Shown: positions 48,301 to 61,165 of the stretch, one piece after another
How the letters are laid out: each line of letters opens with the position of its first letter
Position numbering within the stretch: position 1 is the first letter of the stretch
Assembly: GCA_028534125.1 (NCBI GenBank)
Contig: CM052832.1
Location: 23,624,001 to 23,688,000 of the forward strand
Length of the DNA stretch: 64,000 nt
Direction of reading: 5' to 3'
From: Lama glama
Taxonomy: Eukaryota
Notes under the pieces: generated by a model
What the model saw: only the letters and a program-made list of their open reading frames with translations
Database searches by the model: none
Told to the model about the DNA's origin: nothing
Translations under genes and position numbers: made by a program

Positions 48301-51300
48301 CCTTTCTGGTGGTGGTGGGATGACCTGCACATTAGGGCTGTTGGCATGTTGGTTAGTAGAACCCTCTTGAAAAGAAGTCTTAATAAGTTAAGGTCTGATA
48401 AATGCAAGCATTGTCTACAAAAGCTTTCAAAAGATAAAAAAGTTTGGTCTCGGTGTGAGCAAACTGAATTTTGCAAGTGTTACAGTTTTACATAGATTGT
48501 GACCTTAATGAGGAGTCCAGTTTTCTAATGTAACTGATTCATTATATTAAAAATAAAAACTAAACTAAGCCAATAGATTTATTGTATGGGATGAATTCAG
48601 TAGCAGGTGTTTAGAATTTAGAATGTAGAATTTGGGGGTGAATTATTAGTGTTAACGTGCTGGTGGTGAACAGAGCATAATGTAAACTTTAAGAGAATTT
48701 AGTAAAATGATACAGTGTAACGTACCATGTGAACAGAGGTTGTTTTAATGTTTTGTACACTGATAGATATACTAAATGTTCAGATTAGAAACCAACACAG
48801 AGTAGGTTCTCAGTAAGTGTTTTTAAAGGTTTAGCTTATGTTTATAAATTCTTTATAAATATCTGTATCTTCCTTTAGCCTTGATTCAATTGTTGATGTT
48901 TATCCTAGTTTACATTTGGCCTATAAGCCAAAATATGTTTAATCTTTGTCAATTCAATAACTGTCTTAAATATTAGGATGGGACTGGTCTCCCTGAATCT
49001 GGTTTCTATTTCATTCAGTAAAGCTGAACTTCCATTTAGGACCCATGAATTTAAGATGTGCTTTAAACCATGAGAAAGGTACACAAACACATACATGCCA
49101 AAGGCTAGTATACATTGCCATACGCAGTCTGCAGAAGAAAAATCTTATATGGCATGCTGGAATTGAGCGATATATGTAGTTAATCAAAATTTGATTATAT
49201 TAGTTAATTCATTTAGTCTTAAGTATGACTTTATTCCCAAAAGACAGAGAACACAGTAAGTTAATGAGAGAATAGTGATGTACATCTTTAAATATCTCCC
49301 CAGCGCTGTGGCCTCTCTCCCCCTAAAATACAAACAGACAAAAAACCCAGTACTTTTCTAGAATCCCAACCCCACTTTGAGATTTTCCAGGAGAGACTGA
49401 AGTTCACTATATTTTAATCATTATAATACCCTTTATAAAAAAAATTAGTTTCACCTTATTTTTCTATTCAATGAAATGCCTGGTAATAATTATCACATGG
49501 AACTGTCTGTGGAAGATCATGGAGAGCCACCTAAAACTACTTTCAATAAAATAATAATTTGCTTATCATAGCAGATACCTCACTTTGTGTAGTTAGGGTA
49601 AAATAAAAGCACAGCTTTCCACTTTCCTGTAATTGTCATCTCTTAAAACTCCTTTGGCCAGAATTGTCTTAAACTTATAAAGAAGATATAAAGGCTGTTT
49701 TTAAACCCAGGATGTGCTTAGACTAAATTGTATTTCATTTGTAATTGATGGATATTCCTTATCTCTGAAAGGTCAGCAGCCTATCTGCTAATTTATAATT
49801 GGCAGGCAGTTACCATATTACATGGGGAGAAACAAAGACGTTTCTTGGGGGAGAGGGGCTGTAGTAGTAATAGGCTTTCCATAAAATAAAATCCCTTCCA
49901 ATACACCAGCTGTTTTGGCTGAAAAAAACTGGATCAAGATTTAAGAAAAGTGAAGGTCTAATTTTTGTTTTCAACTTGATTATTGAGAAGGAATTCCTGT
50001 CCTTCTGTGGTTCATTTCAATTTCTGCCACTCGATCTGAATGTGAATAACTGTTACTTATTTTTTCCTTATCCTTCACAGAAACAAATACTTTGACTTCT
50101 ATTGCTTTTGCTAACACGGCTCCTGTCTGTGATGGGGAGGTCTGATGTGCGATATCCTTTCCACCCAAACGCCCCTGCTGAAGTACTCTTCACTCCCATC
50201 CATCAACATACCCTCCATCCCCCTGCCATGATGGGAGTCCTGAAATTCCCGGGTGATCCTGAGTCAGCTATTTGAGTCTGGTCTTGCCAATGGCTATCAT
50301 GTTATCCAACTGACAGATGTCCATTCTTTCTAGCAATAAGACAGGGAACCAGGATATAAACATTTTAGTCAGTGTGAAGGCCATCAGACAGAGAGATTTC
50401 TAAAGTATGGGGTTCTCCACTGACCTGGAAAAAAACGTCATTTCAAAAAAATGTTTAAGTGGTAGGTAGATTCCTAAATTGGCTACAAAAATGGCATACT
50501 GATGGCAAAGGTAAGAGGATAATAATTCATACGTCACATTTTCATAGGGATTTGGTCATAATACTCATGAATGCTTTATCATGAATAAATGAATTTGAGA
50601 AATATTAATTTGTCATGCAATATAATAAATGGATGCAAGCTAGGAAAGGTTATATAGCTGAGTTGTATTCATCACTGTATTACTTGTTACAGTAAAATGG
50701 AAACAGTTGGCATTGGTAGTAATTGGATGTTGGGCAAGTGAGCTATAGTACATGTAGAACCAATGATATGCGTCAACACTGATCCATGTGTTCAGAATAT
50801 AGCAGTGAGAAAAAAAATCTTGGAGTTTAAAACCTAGTATGGGAGAAATGAATTTCTCCAGTGAAGACAACCCAATGAAACAAGCCAAAACATAAGATCA
50901 CTTCTCAGAGCCATTTCAATTTTGTCCAGACCTAAAGGCTGATAGGAATAGAAATTATGAATAGAGGTTGAATAAAGAAAATAGCTACTTTATAATAGAA
51001 AATTTACAAGTGATGGCTTCCCATTCTGTGAGCTACAGAATGTCACAGGTTTTGTAGAGGTAAAATTTCACCACTTACAGAAATTGCTTAAATATAAGTA
51101 CTAGATAATTACTCCCTTCTCTCAAAACCTAACTCCTAATATGGCTGGAAGGAGTTCAAGAATCCCTCTTAATGTTCCATGCCATTTGATTTTTTTCCAA
51201 TTTACATATAGTATCTCTTAGAGGAATGTTTAATAATTATTTGTATGGTTGAATGTGGACAGATTCTTTTAAGTTTTAAAATCAGAATAACTTCTTATAA

Positions 51301-52739
51301 CCCATTCTACTACTAGTAATTCCTAACTGAACAATGAGTTCTATGCCAAAAATATGTGAGGAATTCTAGATTTGGTGATTTGTAACTCCAAACTGAATTT
51401 CAGCAAAGAAACAATGTTATTTTAGAATCCCAAACTATGTACAAAAGGTTACTTCACCCCATAGTGAGGCTGGTACTATTTCAGGGGAAAACTAGGCAGT
51501 GGGACGTTTGGAATGCAGATTTTTTCTTGCTGCTTATTCCTTCTTTGCTGTCAAGTTTGGTAAAGTTTCTGGTAACTCAGTCACTTGAACGTGGGACCAA
51601 TGTATTACTGTTCCCTCATATATTGTTTTACTTCAAAGAAATCATCATAAAGTGAGGTCAACAATTGAGATCAAGGCTAAAGGAGGATGTAGATTTTTCC
51701 TTATCTCCCTGAAGCTTACTGATTTTCTATTCTGATGTTTTGCCTGAGTTTGGCCCAGCTCTTTTGCATGTTCTTTTCCTTTCAAAACTGGGATATGAAT
51801 GTTGTCCTAGGCACCCAATAAGTCTCCAAGAAAGGAATGATTTTTGAGTCTCAGCCAGTCCACTCTCCTGTGCTGGAAATTCTGAGTTTGGTGAAAAGGA
51901 CAAATGGGCTGTGGCTACAGTTCACTCTCCTATATCTGTAGCGCAATGAAAGATTCAGGTGCAGATCTTTCCTGGGACTTCGCTTATTAAGAATTACTTT
52001 ACCCTGCTTGTCACACACCTAGCTAAGAATTGTGAAAGACAAACAGTTGTACTGAAGAAGGATGAATTGCTTCAGGGGAAGAGCTTGTATACCTGGAGAG
52101 TCTCGTAAGGAGTTAGTGGTAGAGTGGGGCATGAAGCTGGGACACCAACGCACAAAAGAAAGTAGACTAATTTTGTCCATTATATTTGGAAATTTTTTAC
52201 AGCCTTTTTTTCCCCTTAGAAGAACAGAGAAAAAAGTTTATAATGTACCTTGGCAGCCACCAACTGTGACAGGTATGAAGAAAGATGCCTGCCAGGCCAT
52301 TCCATCTAGGAGTCAGGGAGGGCAAGTTTCTGATCTGGGCACTTCCTTGCCAGTGAATCAAGACCAGCAGATTCTCTCCGAGGACTCTAGCACACTGGGA
52401 CAAGAGCTGTCAGGATATGACTTTAGTCTCAGGATTATAGTCTTGGTGGTTATAGTCAGAGGTGTCACTGGTTCTGTAAACTATGCTTGATACAGCATGG
52501 TTCCTTAAGTGCTGGAATGTACTATAAATTCCAAGTTACTGTAAATTTGGCTTCACATTTGACTTATATGATTAATATCATGATTGAAATAGTGTAGCTT
52601 GGTGGTAAAGATGGTATAAAAGTGTGGAAGTTAATTATTTGTATCTGATAATTGGTGATATTAGATGCTTTCTATGTAAACTGTTATTTTGAACTATACA
52701 TATATATATTAACCCTATCATCAGAACCACCAATTTGTT

Positions 52740-52862
52740 GAGGTTAATCATTCTATTTGCAGATGAGGAAACTGAAGCTTAGAAAGAGGATCAGTAACTT
52801 CCCCAAGTCTACACAGCTAGTAAGTGATAGATTTAAAATTAAGTCTATTTGACTCCAAAGCT
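52740..52862 (-). mobile_element. MIR SINE
   Basis: TTTGCAGATGAGGAAACTGAAGCTTAGA..AACTTCCCCAAG..ACACAGCTAGTAAGTG..GACTCCAAAGC. Confidence 0.8.
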
Positions 52863-53791
52863 ATTTATAAGCTTTAAAATTGTCTTAAACAGAACATTAA
52901 GCCTTTGTTTTTTTCACAGTAGTAGATTTTCTCCCTAAACATTTGGTTACTTGTTTCAACTCTTACAGAAAAGCTGGGTTCTAGTCCTGGCTTTGACTGC
53001 CCAGCTGTGTCCCCGAACATGCCACCTGAATTCTCTGGACCCGTCTTGTCCACTGAATGAAGGCTGCACCACAGGATCACCAAGATCTTTCTAAAGGTCA
53101 ACTCTTACAATCCCTGTACTTTGTGGATTTAGTCTTTGAGCCTAGCTCACTTAATCACTTTCCTAACTATAATGCCTTCTATTTGGAGCAAAAATATATG
53201 TACTTTTATTACTGGTAATATACCACTTACTGTGAGCTGACTGCCGTAGGTAACCATTTATCGCATTTCCTGTATGCTGGGAAATATACTAAGTGCTCCA
53301 CACAGATGATCACAACAGATCTAAAAGGTGGATTTTAAAGTTTACATTTTATAGGGTAGTAAGGTTTTGACTTACCCAAGGTCAAACTTGCGGAGTGGCG
53401 GAGCCAGAATTCTAGCCCTTGTGTATTTGACAACAAAGCCCTTATATATTAAGGGAACATTAATGTAACTGTATGTATTTTCTAATTATATATTAGGCTT
53501 AAATTAGATCATGGACATTGTATTTTCAACCAGTTTTTTTTCTTTTTTATAAGATATTGTCGGCTCCTGTCTGTGATTTTACTATCTCCTTACTTTCTGC
53601 CCGCTTTACTAACCACGGGGAGAAGCAGAGGAGGGAGGACGTTGCTGTTTTCGCGTTAAATCTCTATTTCAAAGTCTAAGTTTATAGTCAACAGCAGTAA
53701 GAGGAATGGAATCCCCGGCTTTCTGCCTCTGCGGCGAACCGCGGATCAACTTCCGCGTCCTCCTTTCTGAGAATGCGCCTTCTTCCGCTGA

Positions 53792-53810
53792 ACTACGTTT
53801 CCCAGCGGCC
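53792..53810 (+). promoter_or_regulatory. ZNF143/THAP11-type (ACTAC..TCCCAG) promoter element
   Basis: ACTACGTTTCCCAGCGGCC resembles the ACTACAnnTCCCAGna consensus. Confidence 0.7.
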
Positions 53811-54444
53811 CGCGCGGCCAAGCGCGCGAGCTCGCCCAGCCCTTCCTTCCTCCTCGCCTATCAACGGGTCGCAGCGTGATGATGCAAACCCGACGGGCGC
53901 TGACGGGTGACGGCGTTCTGGCTCGCGACCGCAGCGGCGGCCTTAGCAGCGGCAATAGACGCAACAGCGGCGACTGCAGGGACGACGACGACGGCGGGGC
54001 GGGCGCTGTGCGGAAAGGGGAGGGGTAGGCGGGCGGCGCCGGCGGCTTCAACTGCGGCAGCTACGGCTAGGGCGAAGGAAGAAGGATCCCCATCAGCCGG
54101 CGGTTGAGTTAGGCCTAAGCAGCGCCTGGAGCCGCTCGGGCTGTCCTCTGCGGGGGATCTCCATAGAGACGGTGACATACACAGAGGCGGGGGTCCGCGG
54201 GAGGCTGCCGGACCGGAGCCAGCTCCTCGGCCTCTGTCGCCGCCACCCCCTTCCCTGCCGCCAGCGCGCATTCTCCCTCCGCTCTTGCTCGCAGCCCCGC
54301 GGTCCCCGGTGTGCCCGTGCCCCACTGTGTGGGCAGCGCGGGCGGACTTTTGGGCTGGGGCCGGGCGGGGGGAGGCTCTAAGGCCGCCTCTGCCTCTCCC
54401 GCCCCCTTACCCGCCCCGGAGGGGGAAGCCGCGGAGGCTCCGCC

Positions 54445-54555
54445 ATGGCCTCGGGAGCCGGAGGCATAGGAGGGGGCGGTGGCGGCAAGATCCGGACGCG
54501 GCGTTGCCACCAGGGGCCAATTAAGCCTTACCAGCAGGGGCGACAACAGCACCAG
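54445..54555 (+). CDS. NUP153: NUP153 exon 1 coding part
   Basis: Strong Kozak tccgccATGG; MASGAGGIGGGGGGKIRTRRCHQGPIKPYQQGRQQHQ|gtacgg; 111 nt, phase 0; matches recalled NUP153 N-terminus and KIF13A-NUP153 synteny. Confidence 0.97.
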
Positions 54556-57477
54556 GTACGGGACTGCGACGCCGTGGGGGCCTAACCGGTGGGGAAGTTG
54601 GCGGGAGTGAACGGGCGGAGAGGGGCCCTGGCGCCCCACGTGGAGCGGACGGGAGGGCCTGAGGGCAGGCCGGAGCGAGGCGGCGGGATCTCGGGCCGCT
54701 GGGGCGGCAACGGGAAGTGGGCTGAGACAGGCCAACCTTGCGGCGCACACGTGTGGTTCGGGCCGCCTCTCTCCAGCCCTCTCGGCCTGGGGCTTTCCCC
54801 CGGCCTGCGCAGGGCGGGAACAGAAATCCTAGGCCACGATGGGCCTAGGAGTCTTTACATTTTGGCGGGGATTGGGGGTTTGAGGGTATTACTTACGTCC
54901 TTTCGAGAGAGAAAAGAAAAGATGTGGCTGGAGGCCCCTACGCTTGCTGTTTTGTAGTCTCCCGCGTTTCAACGTGTGTGAGGAGGGGGCTGCCCCGGGG
55001 GAATCTGCCTCCGGGGCACCTGGGGGTTGGTGGGGGCGCTGTTACACGGAAAGTGGAATAACTTAGTCTCAAACCTATTAATTAATTCTCCATCTCCCCT
55101 TCCTGTGTCCCTCCCCGATCTGAGAGCGTTGACTTAGATTTTTTTCCCCCCTTAACCGGGTTATAGTTAGTGGCACTGGGGCATTTTTGAAAGTCCCTCT
55201 CCACACTTACGTTTTTTTTTTCCATCGCGAGACTCTTACCTCCCCATTTTTGCTCCCTCCCCACCTTTTATCTTGGAGGCTAAAATTGGCCATTATGCAT
55301 ACTTGACCGGGACTCCAGTTCTGATCTCATGCATAAAATATTTTAAATTATGGGGCGTATTCTAGAAATTTAGGTACTTTTGACACTCCAGGAATGTTGG
55401 TGGTCTTATAATTTAACCACCTTGCGCACGTGTGGGTGTTTGAAATTATGAAAAGGCGTTTGTCCTAACCGTAATTTGATTCTGAGGAATTTACTTTTTT
55501 TAAATATTTACTTGTTGGTTATGGGGATTAGATAGGAAAATGTTAAAAACGTTTTGATAAGTCATTTCTAAAACTTCTCGATGCTAAAGTGGGAAGTAAG
55601 TGTGTCTTGTTAAAAAAAAGTGTAGTAAAAGGATCTGATGATTTGTTGCCTACTGTTTAAGGTAGACTTCCTCGTCTGCTTTATCGCAGAGGATTATGAA
55701 TATTGAACACTTCTAACAAGTTTGGTGGTGGTATTATTGTATCATTAAAAACAGAATTTTAAAAGTAAAGATTGGAGAGCAATTTCTTAATAGTAAAAAT
55801 TGTGATTTAGAATAATAAGTCGCTCTCTACTAATGGTTATAAGTCTTGGCATTACTGTTACCTCCCACCATCTTCGCCCAGATATATCCGGAAGGTGTTT
55901 GATTTTCAGATTTCTTTGTGAGGAGCAGGGGTGCAGCAGATTTAAGATTAGAATTCAGGTCACAAGCCTGGCCATTTAACGTAATCCTTTTGTAGAATGG
56001 AAGTTAGACACATGCTTTCTGTTTTTCCTGAAGAATAAATGTCTTTGAGTGCTTTCTTAGATTTCCTTAAAATAAAGTTACTACATAAAAATTGAAATGT
56101 TGTAAATACAGATCGTTGGATGGTCTGAACAGTTTAGAAAGGAGCTCATATATTCCGGGTGGCAAAAGCTATAATCACGCCTTCTATTTAAGTGTACTCA
56201 GGGAAAAATCTAATTGGGGGAAGATGATGCCTTAACAGCATAACACCTGTGACCCAAATTGTCTTAGAGCTGATACGATTTCAGGCTGTGCAGCTTTGTT
56301 TTAGAGCTTGATAATTTATCATTTCCCCCTGTCTAAAATACTTTTTCAGCTTTTTGTTCCAGCCATTTAATTGAAAAAGTACATTTTTAGCTTTTGAATT
56401 GACATTAAAGATGTCTAGGGGTTTCTTAATCAACACCGCAGGTGCTAATATTGGCAGATACTCTCAAAGGAAATTGTCTAGGAATAAACAAAAGAATACT
56501 CTATTTAAGGATCTTTTTAAATCTTAAAGTAAAGACTCTAGTCCTTACTGGGACGTTTGTGAACTTGGAGACTACCTGCCTGCTGTCCACTGTCCCAGGC
56601 TGCCATCTCTGTTTTGCAGCAGCTGCTGAGTCATCATGAATAGCAGGGAGCTTCATGACATGGCATGTTTTGTACTAATATTATTTGGTTAAATGTCTAG
56701 TGGTTTCTGAGCGAAAATGAAGTTTTGGATTTTGTAGCAGAGGGTTGGAATGAGAAGTCTGGCACTGTCGGTTAATGGATGTTTGCCATCGCCTGTCAGA
56801 CCGACCGGCTTGTGCAGTCATGCAGTACCTGTGACTTCTGCATGTGTTCAACTGACTTGTAATTTCCTGTTTTGACTTCTGGTTTTGCTCTGCTGAGGTA
56901 TATCTAAAGTTTACATTTTTTTCCCCCTTTTAACTTCTGATCTTTAAAATGGCATCTTGCTTGAAGTTACGGAGACAAAAAATTCATTGTCTTACTCAAC
57001 TAACTGAGGAGTAGTGATATAAGAATTGTAGAAGTGAAAGTGAAAAACAGCGCGGAATGATCAGTTGATCATTTTTACTTGCCTTCGTCCCTACTCCCTA
57101 ACTCTTAGCCCAGATGCCTTTAAGAAATGGTATCATTATTCTAGTTGGGAGTGAACAGGTTGCTAAAGAGGATGTGGTTAGTTCTTGTCACCTGTTCAGT
57201 CTCCTTTCCCATTTCCTTTTTGTGCAGATGGTCAGGCCCAGAAAGTCAGCTCTGGAGAGGTCAAGCTGCTTTTCTTGCTAGCCACCACCAAAAACTTGAG
57301 CCCATGGGCAAACCAGAACCTTGCCTCTGGAAGAATCTACTGCCACCTCCTGGTGAGAGGAGAGCTACTTGTTTTTGCCCCTTTATCTTCTTGGTTGTAG
57401 TTTGTCTTACAAGTCAGTTTCTGTATCTAGCTGTTTCAAAAAAAGGGGGAGGAAACCCCTTTTGTCTAGTACCTTAG

Positions 57478-57660
57478 ATCAGGAGTCTGCAAACTTTTCT
57501 GTAAAGGGCCAGATAGTGAATATTTTAGGTTTTGTTGCTGCAAGTTCTTTGGTTTTTATAACCCTTTGAGAAATGTAAAGATCATTCTCAGTTTGAAGTC
57601 TGTACAAAAGGCTGAGGGCTGAATTTGGCCCGTAGATGATGGTTTGCCTGATCCTTGCCT
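57478..57660. mobile_element. MER58-like hAT DNA transposon
   Basis: CAGGAGTCTGCAAACTTTTCTGTAAAGGGCCAGATAGTGAATATTTTAGG...TTTGGCCCG..GTTTGCC. Confidence 0.75.
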
Positions 57661-57924
57661 GTAGTTTTTTTCTGTTTTGGTAGCTTCTATATGATACTTT
57701 GTCCCAAATAAATGTGTCCTGGTTGGTATTTGATGGCTAAAGAGTGTTCTCAGTTTTGAAAAGGTAGAATATTTAAAAGTTGAATACTTAACTGATTTCA
57801 GAAGTCACTAAGTAGTTTTGATTTTATTTTATCTTTGTTTGCTTTATCCTAGATGCTTAATTATTACTATCAGTGGAAATAGAAATGGAAATAGTTGATA
57901 GGAAAATGTGCTATAATACAGTTA

Positions 57925-58085
57925 GAGTATCTGGGTTTGAATCCCTTCTCTGCCAGGACTTGGAAAAGTTCTCTCTGCTTAATTTGCTCATCTGTAAAGT
58001 GGAAATTGTGAGAGTTAAATGAGATAATGTAAGTAAAGCTCTTAGAACAGGGCTTGGCATGTATAGTAAGGACTCATTTGAAATT
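57925..58085 (+). mobile_element. MIR SINE
   Basis: CTGGGTTTGAATCCC..CTCATCTGTAAAGTGG..TAAATGAGATAATGT..AAAGCTCTTAGAACAGGGCTTGGCA. Confidence 0.8.
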
Positions 58086-59924
58086 GTTGTATTTAAGTAG
58101 AACCTTTTGATATAAATATTTATTGTTTCTGAATTTTGCTGCTTCTTAGTAGAGCTTTTTTTCCTTTGTGTAACCAAGTTCACCTTTTATAGGCTCCTAT
58201 TGGATTTGAGGATTTGTTTCTTGAGTGATGAGGCCAAACCTTAAACTAGAAATGCCAGTCACTTAAGTGTATAGGAAAATAAATCCAAGTATTAAATTGT
58301 TTAATGCAAAGTAGATTTTTGTTTGTGATGAGAGGCCCTGGTGTGTGATAGTTTATCAATTTACTCACCAATTTTTCTGATAAGATAAATGACAAAAAAG
58401 CCCATGTGTTGTCACCATTTCCTGGAAAGTCCTCTGATGAGGCAGAAGTTTGAAGTAAAATGAAGACTTTGGTCTGATGTCACTAATTAAAACCATTTTC
58501 ACTGGGCACAGAATATTAGTGGAAAGGTGTAATGACCTGGTAATTTTCAGAATTGTTTTATTTGTAGCCACTTAGCTTATTACTTAGGATCGTCTGGTGT
58601 AGACTTTAGGACTATGAGGAGTATTTTTAAGATTTTAATGCCCCATTTGTTTTGTTGCTTTTTTATAAGCCCTTCATTAATTTTTCTTTCTTTGACTACC
58701 TTTCTACTTCTCTCATTTAGTTGGCTTTGTGTTATTTATCATTCCAGGGGATGGCTCAATTTTCTCATACTCTTGGATAGCTTTACAAGTTGTTTTTTTG
58801 GAGGAAAGACTTATTAGTGTGGCAACAAAAATACTTGCTTAAGCTGAAACCATTGTACCAAACAAATGTGTTACTTATTTTTTTTGAATTCTAGAATTAC
58901 TGATGTCCTTTATTGAAACCTGTCACATATTCATATGTGGGAATAAGAAATTGGTTGGATAGTGCAGTTGTAGATAAGTTAAAATCATACACCAGCTGAT
59001 CGTCTAGTGGAGGTGATAGACTGTAATTACCATCCCATTTGACAAATTGCCATCATATAGGGAGTGCAGGGCACTGATGGTGCATAAAGGTGAGTGACTG
59101 TCCCAGACTTGGAGGATTAGAGAAGATTTTCTCTAGGAAAACTTACATTAAGTTATAATAAAAGCAGTTATGCTTACCACTGAATCCTCTGAAAGTAGGA
59201 AGGGAACTAATCTGATAAAGTAGGACTTGAGTATTCACTCCTTAGTAGACCTTTACTCAGTATGTCTCTGTTTACGTCTCAAGGTTTTATTTGTTTTTAA
59301 TATCACAAAGCATTCTTTCTTTGGGTCCATATGGGAAGCTGACTTGCCCCCTTTCTGTGAAGATCTGAAGCATGTTATCTCAATAACTCCTGAAAAGGTA
59401 GACCTTTGGTAAGAGTCAAAGGAACTTTTTCTTCTGTAAGAAAACAATTTTTCCCCCTTTCTAGCTCCCTTCTCTGTTTTCCTTTAGTGGCTGAAGTCTT
59501 ACCTTTGGTACTTTGAAATTCATAAAAATTACCAGGCAGGGTAATTTATCTGATAGACAGGGTCCTTTACCTCTTTATAGTCTACCCAATTCTATGCATA
59601 ATCAGATTTCTTTTCCCTAGCACTTTTTTAAACCTCAAATATCTGGTAGTTGGATATGTACTATAAATGTGTTAAGTCTTTAACTGAAAGTAAAATAGAT
59701 TTAAAGGTAGCCTTTTATGTTTTACTTCTGTTTACTTCTATGTTTGATTTTCCAGAATTCTTATTATAAAGTAGATATTTATAAAAGTTGATATGATGGC
59801 ATGACATTTGATAATGAGGTAATCAAGGAAATAGTTTATCTTGTAGTTAAGCTTGTACTCAGGGTTATGTTTATCATGGCCTTAATTGGGAAACCTGTCA
59901 CTGAGTTTTTAGATGACTTTAGTA

Positions 59925-60056
59925 CAGTGGTTCTCAAACTTAATTTGCATAAGAATCACCTTAATAGCTTGTTAAAGCAAATTTGCATTTCTAACATACT
60001 CTTAGATGACTGACACCAGTGCTGGTTTGAAGACTGCAATTTGAGAACTGCTGCTT
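59925..60056. mobile_element. MER5A-like hAT element
   Basis: CAGTGGTTCTCAAACTT..GAATCACC..TTGAGAACTGCTG termini. Confidence 0.7.
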
Positions 60057-60149
60057 TAGTCCCTTTGTAGTGACTAGATGAGCTACAGAACAAAAGATTA
60101 CACATAGATTCTCACACGGACGTGTGCACACACTCATGATTAAAGGGGA

Positions 60150-60252
60150 TTTTTAAAAAAATTTTATTGAGTTATAATCAGTTTACAATGTTGTGTCAAT
60201 TTCTGGTGTACAGCACAGTTTTTCAGTCATACATGAATATATATATATTCAT
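60150..60252 (-). mobile_element. 5'-truncated L1 3' end in NUP153 intron 1
   Basis: TTTTATTGAGTTATAATCAGTTTACAATGTTGTGTCAATTTCTGGTGTACAGC; degenerate TSD taaag(g/t)gga. Confidence 0.82.
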
Positions 60253-60762
60253 AAAGTGGAATTTTAAAGGATTTTAAATAGTTAAGTCATAGTTAACAGG
60301 TTTATTAGATTTCACATTTGTAAACAAGTTTACCAGAAGCTTGGACAGCATGTGCCAAGGACACTTCTATGTTTGAGTCTTTCACTTTTTGTCTCCCTAA
60401 CTTAGAATCTTAAGCTTCCAGAGGGCAGGAACTTGTTCCCTGCTATATCCCCAGTGATCTTGTCTGACATGGAATATGCAATCAATAATATTAAGTGAAT
60501 TGAATGAAGAAAACAGTGTTTGCTTTTACCCCTGTGAGTTAAAGATGCTAAAATATTCACCAGGATAAGCCTCTTCCCTGGTCCATTTATGTACTGTTTG
60601 ACAGAGATACAGGGTGAAGGTATCTTTTGAGTAATACAGGTGCCTCCCCAAGTGTGGTGCATGTGTTCCATTGTTGCTGAAGAAGATGAATCTAACTGAT
60701 ATGTGGACTGATTTTCAAAATTTTCATGTTAATTAGAAAACACATTTGACAAGTACAGTGCT

Positions 60763-61165
60763 GTATCAGTTAAGGACCTAGCAAGAAACAGTTCACTCCA
60801 GATGGTTCATCTGAAATATCTTTAAGAAAGAGTCTATTCAGAGATAAGGAATACACATAGGACAGCAGGATGCCCAGAGAGTAGCAACAGTGGGAAGCTG
60901 TTACCATCCCCGGGGTGGACGGATAAAGGGCAGAAATCATGTCACTGGCGTGGGGGAAAGGCCTGGCTGGAGCTGTCATTTTAAGGATGGGTCACTTGAG
61001 CAGAGAGGGAGCACAGGAAGAAAGACTTGTCTTTCCTCCCATCCTCTAATACCTGATGTCCTCCAGAATCTCTCATGGACCAAGCCTACCAGAAGCCAAT
61101 TTGATGAGATAGCCAATCAAGAGTAGAGTTAGGAAATGGCAAGTGAAGACTGGTGCGACATCACA
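60763..61165. mobile_element. Probable ERVL/MaLR-type LTR remnant
   Basis: Begins TGTATCAGTTAAGG..CAAGAAACAG; purine-rich LTR-like body; family uncertain. Confidence 0.45.

Larger units (their letters stand above)
53730..54990. promoter_or_regulatory. CpG island / NUP153 promoter and 5' UTR
   Basis: Abrupt rise in GC and CpG density against AT-rich flanks; ETS-like CTTCCG boxes (~53750, ~53782), GC boxes, TGACG half-sites (~53901-53912); surrounds the NUP153 ATG. Confidence 0.93.

Noticed and set aside
53746..54957. Several Pro/Ala/Arg/Gly-rich ORFs up to 211 aa
   Set aside because: Stop-codon scarcity in the CpG island; the real CDS is 54445-54555.
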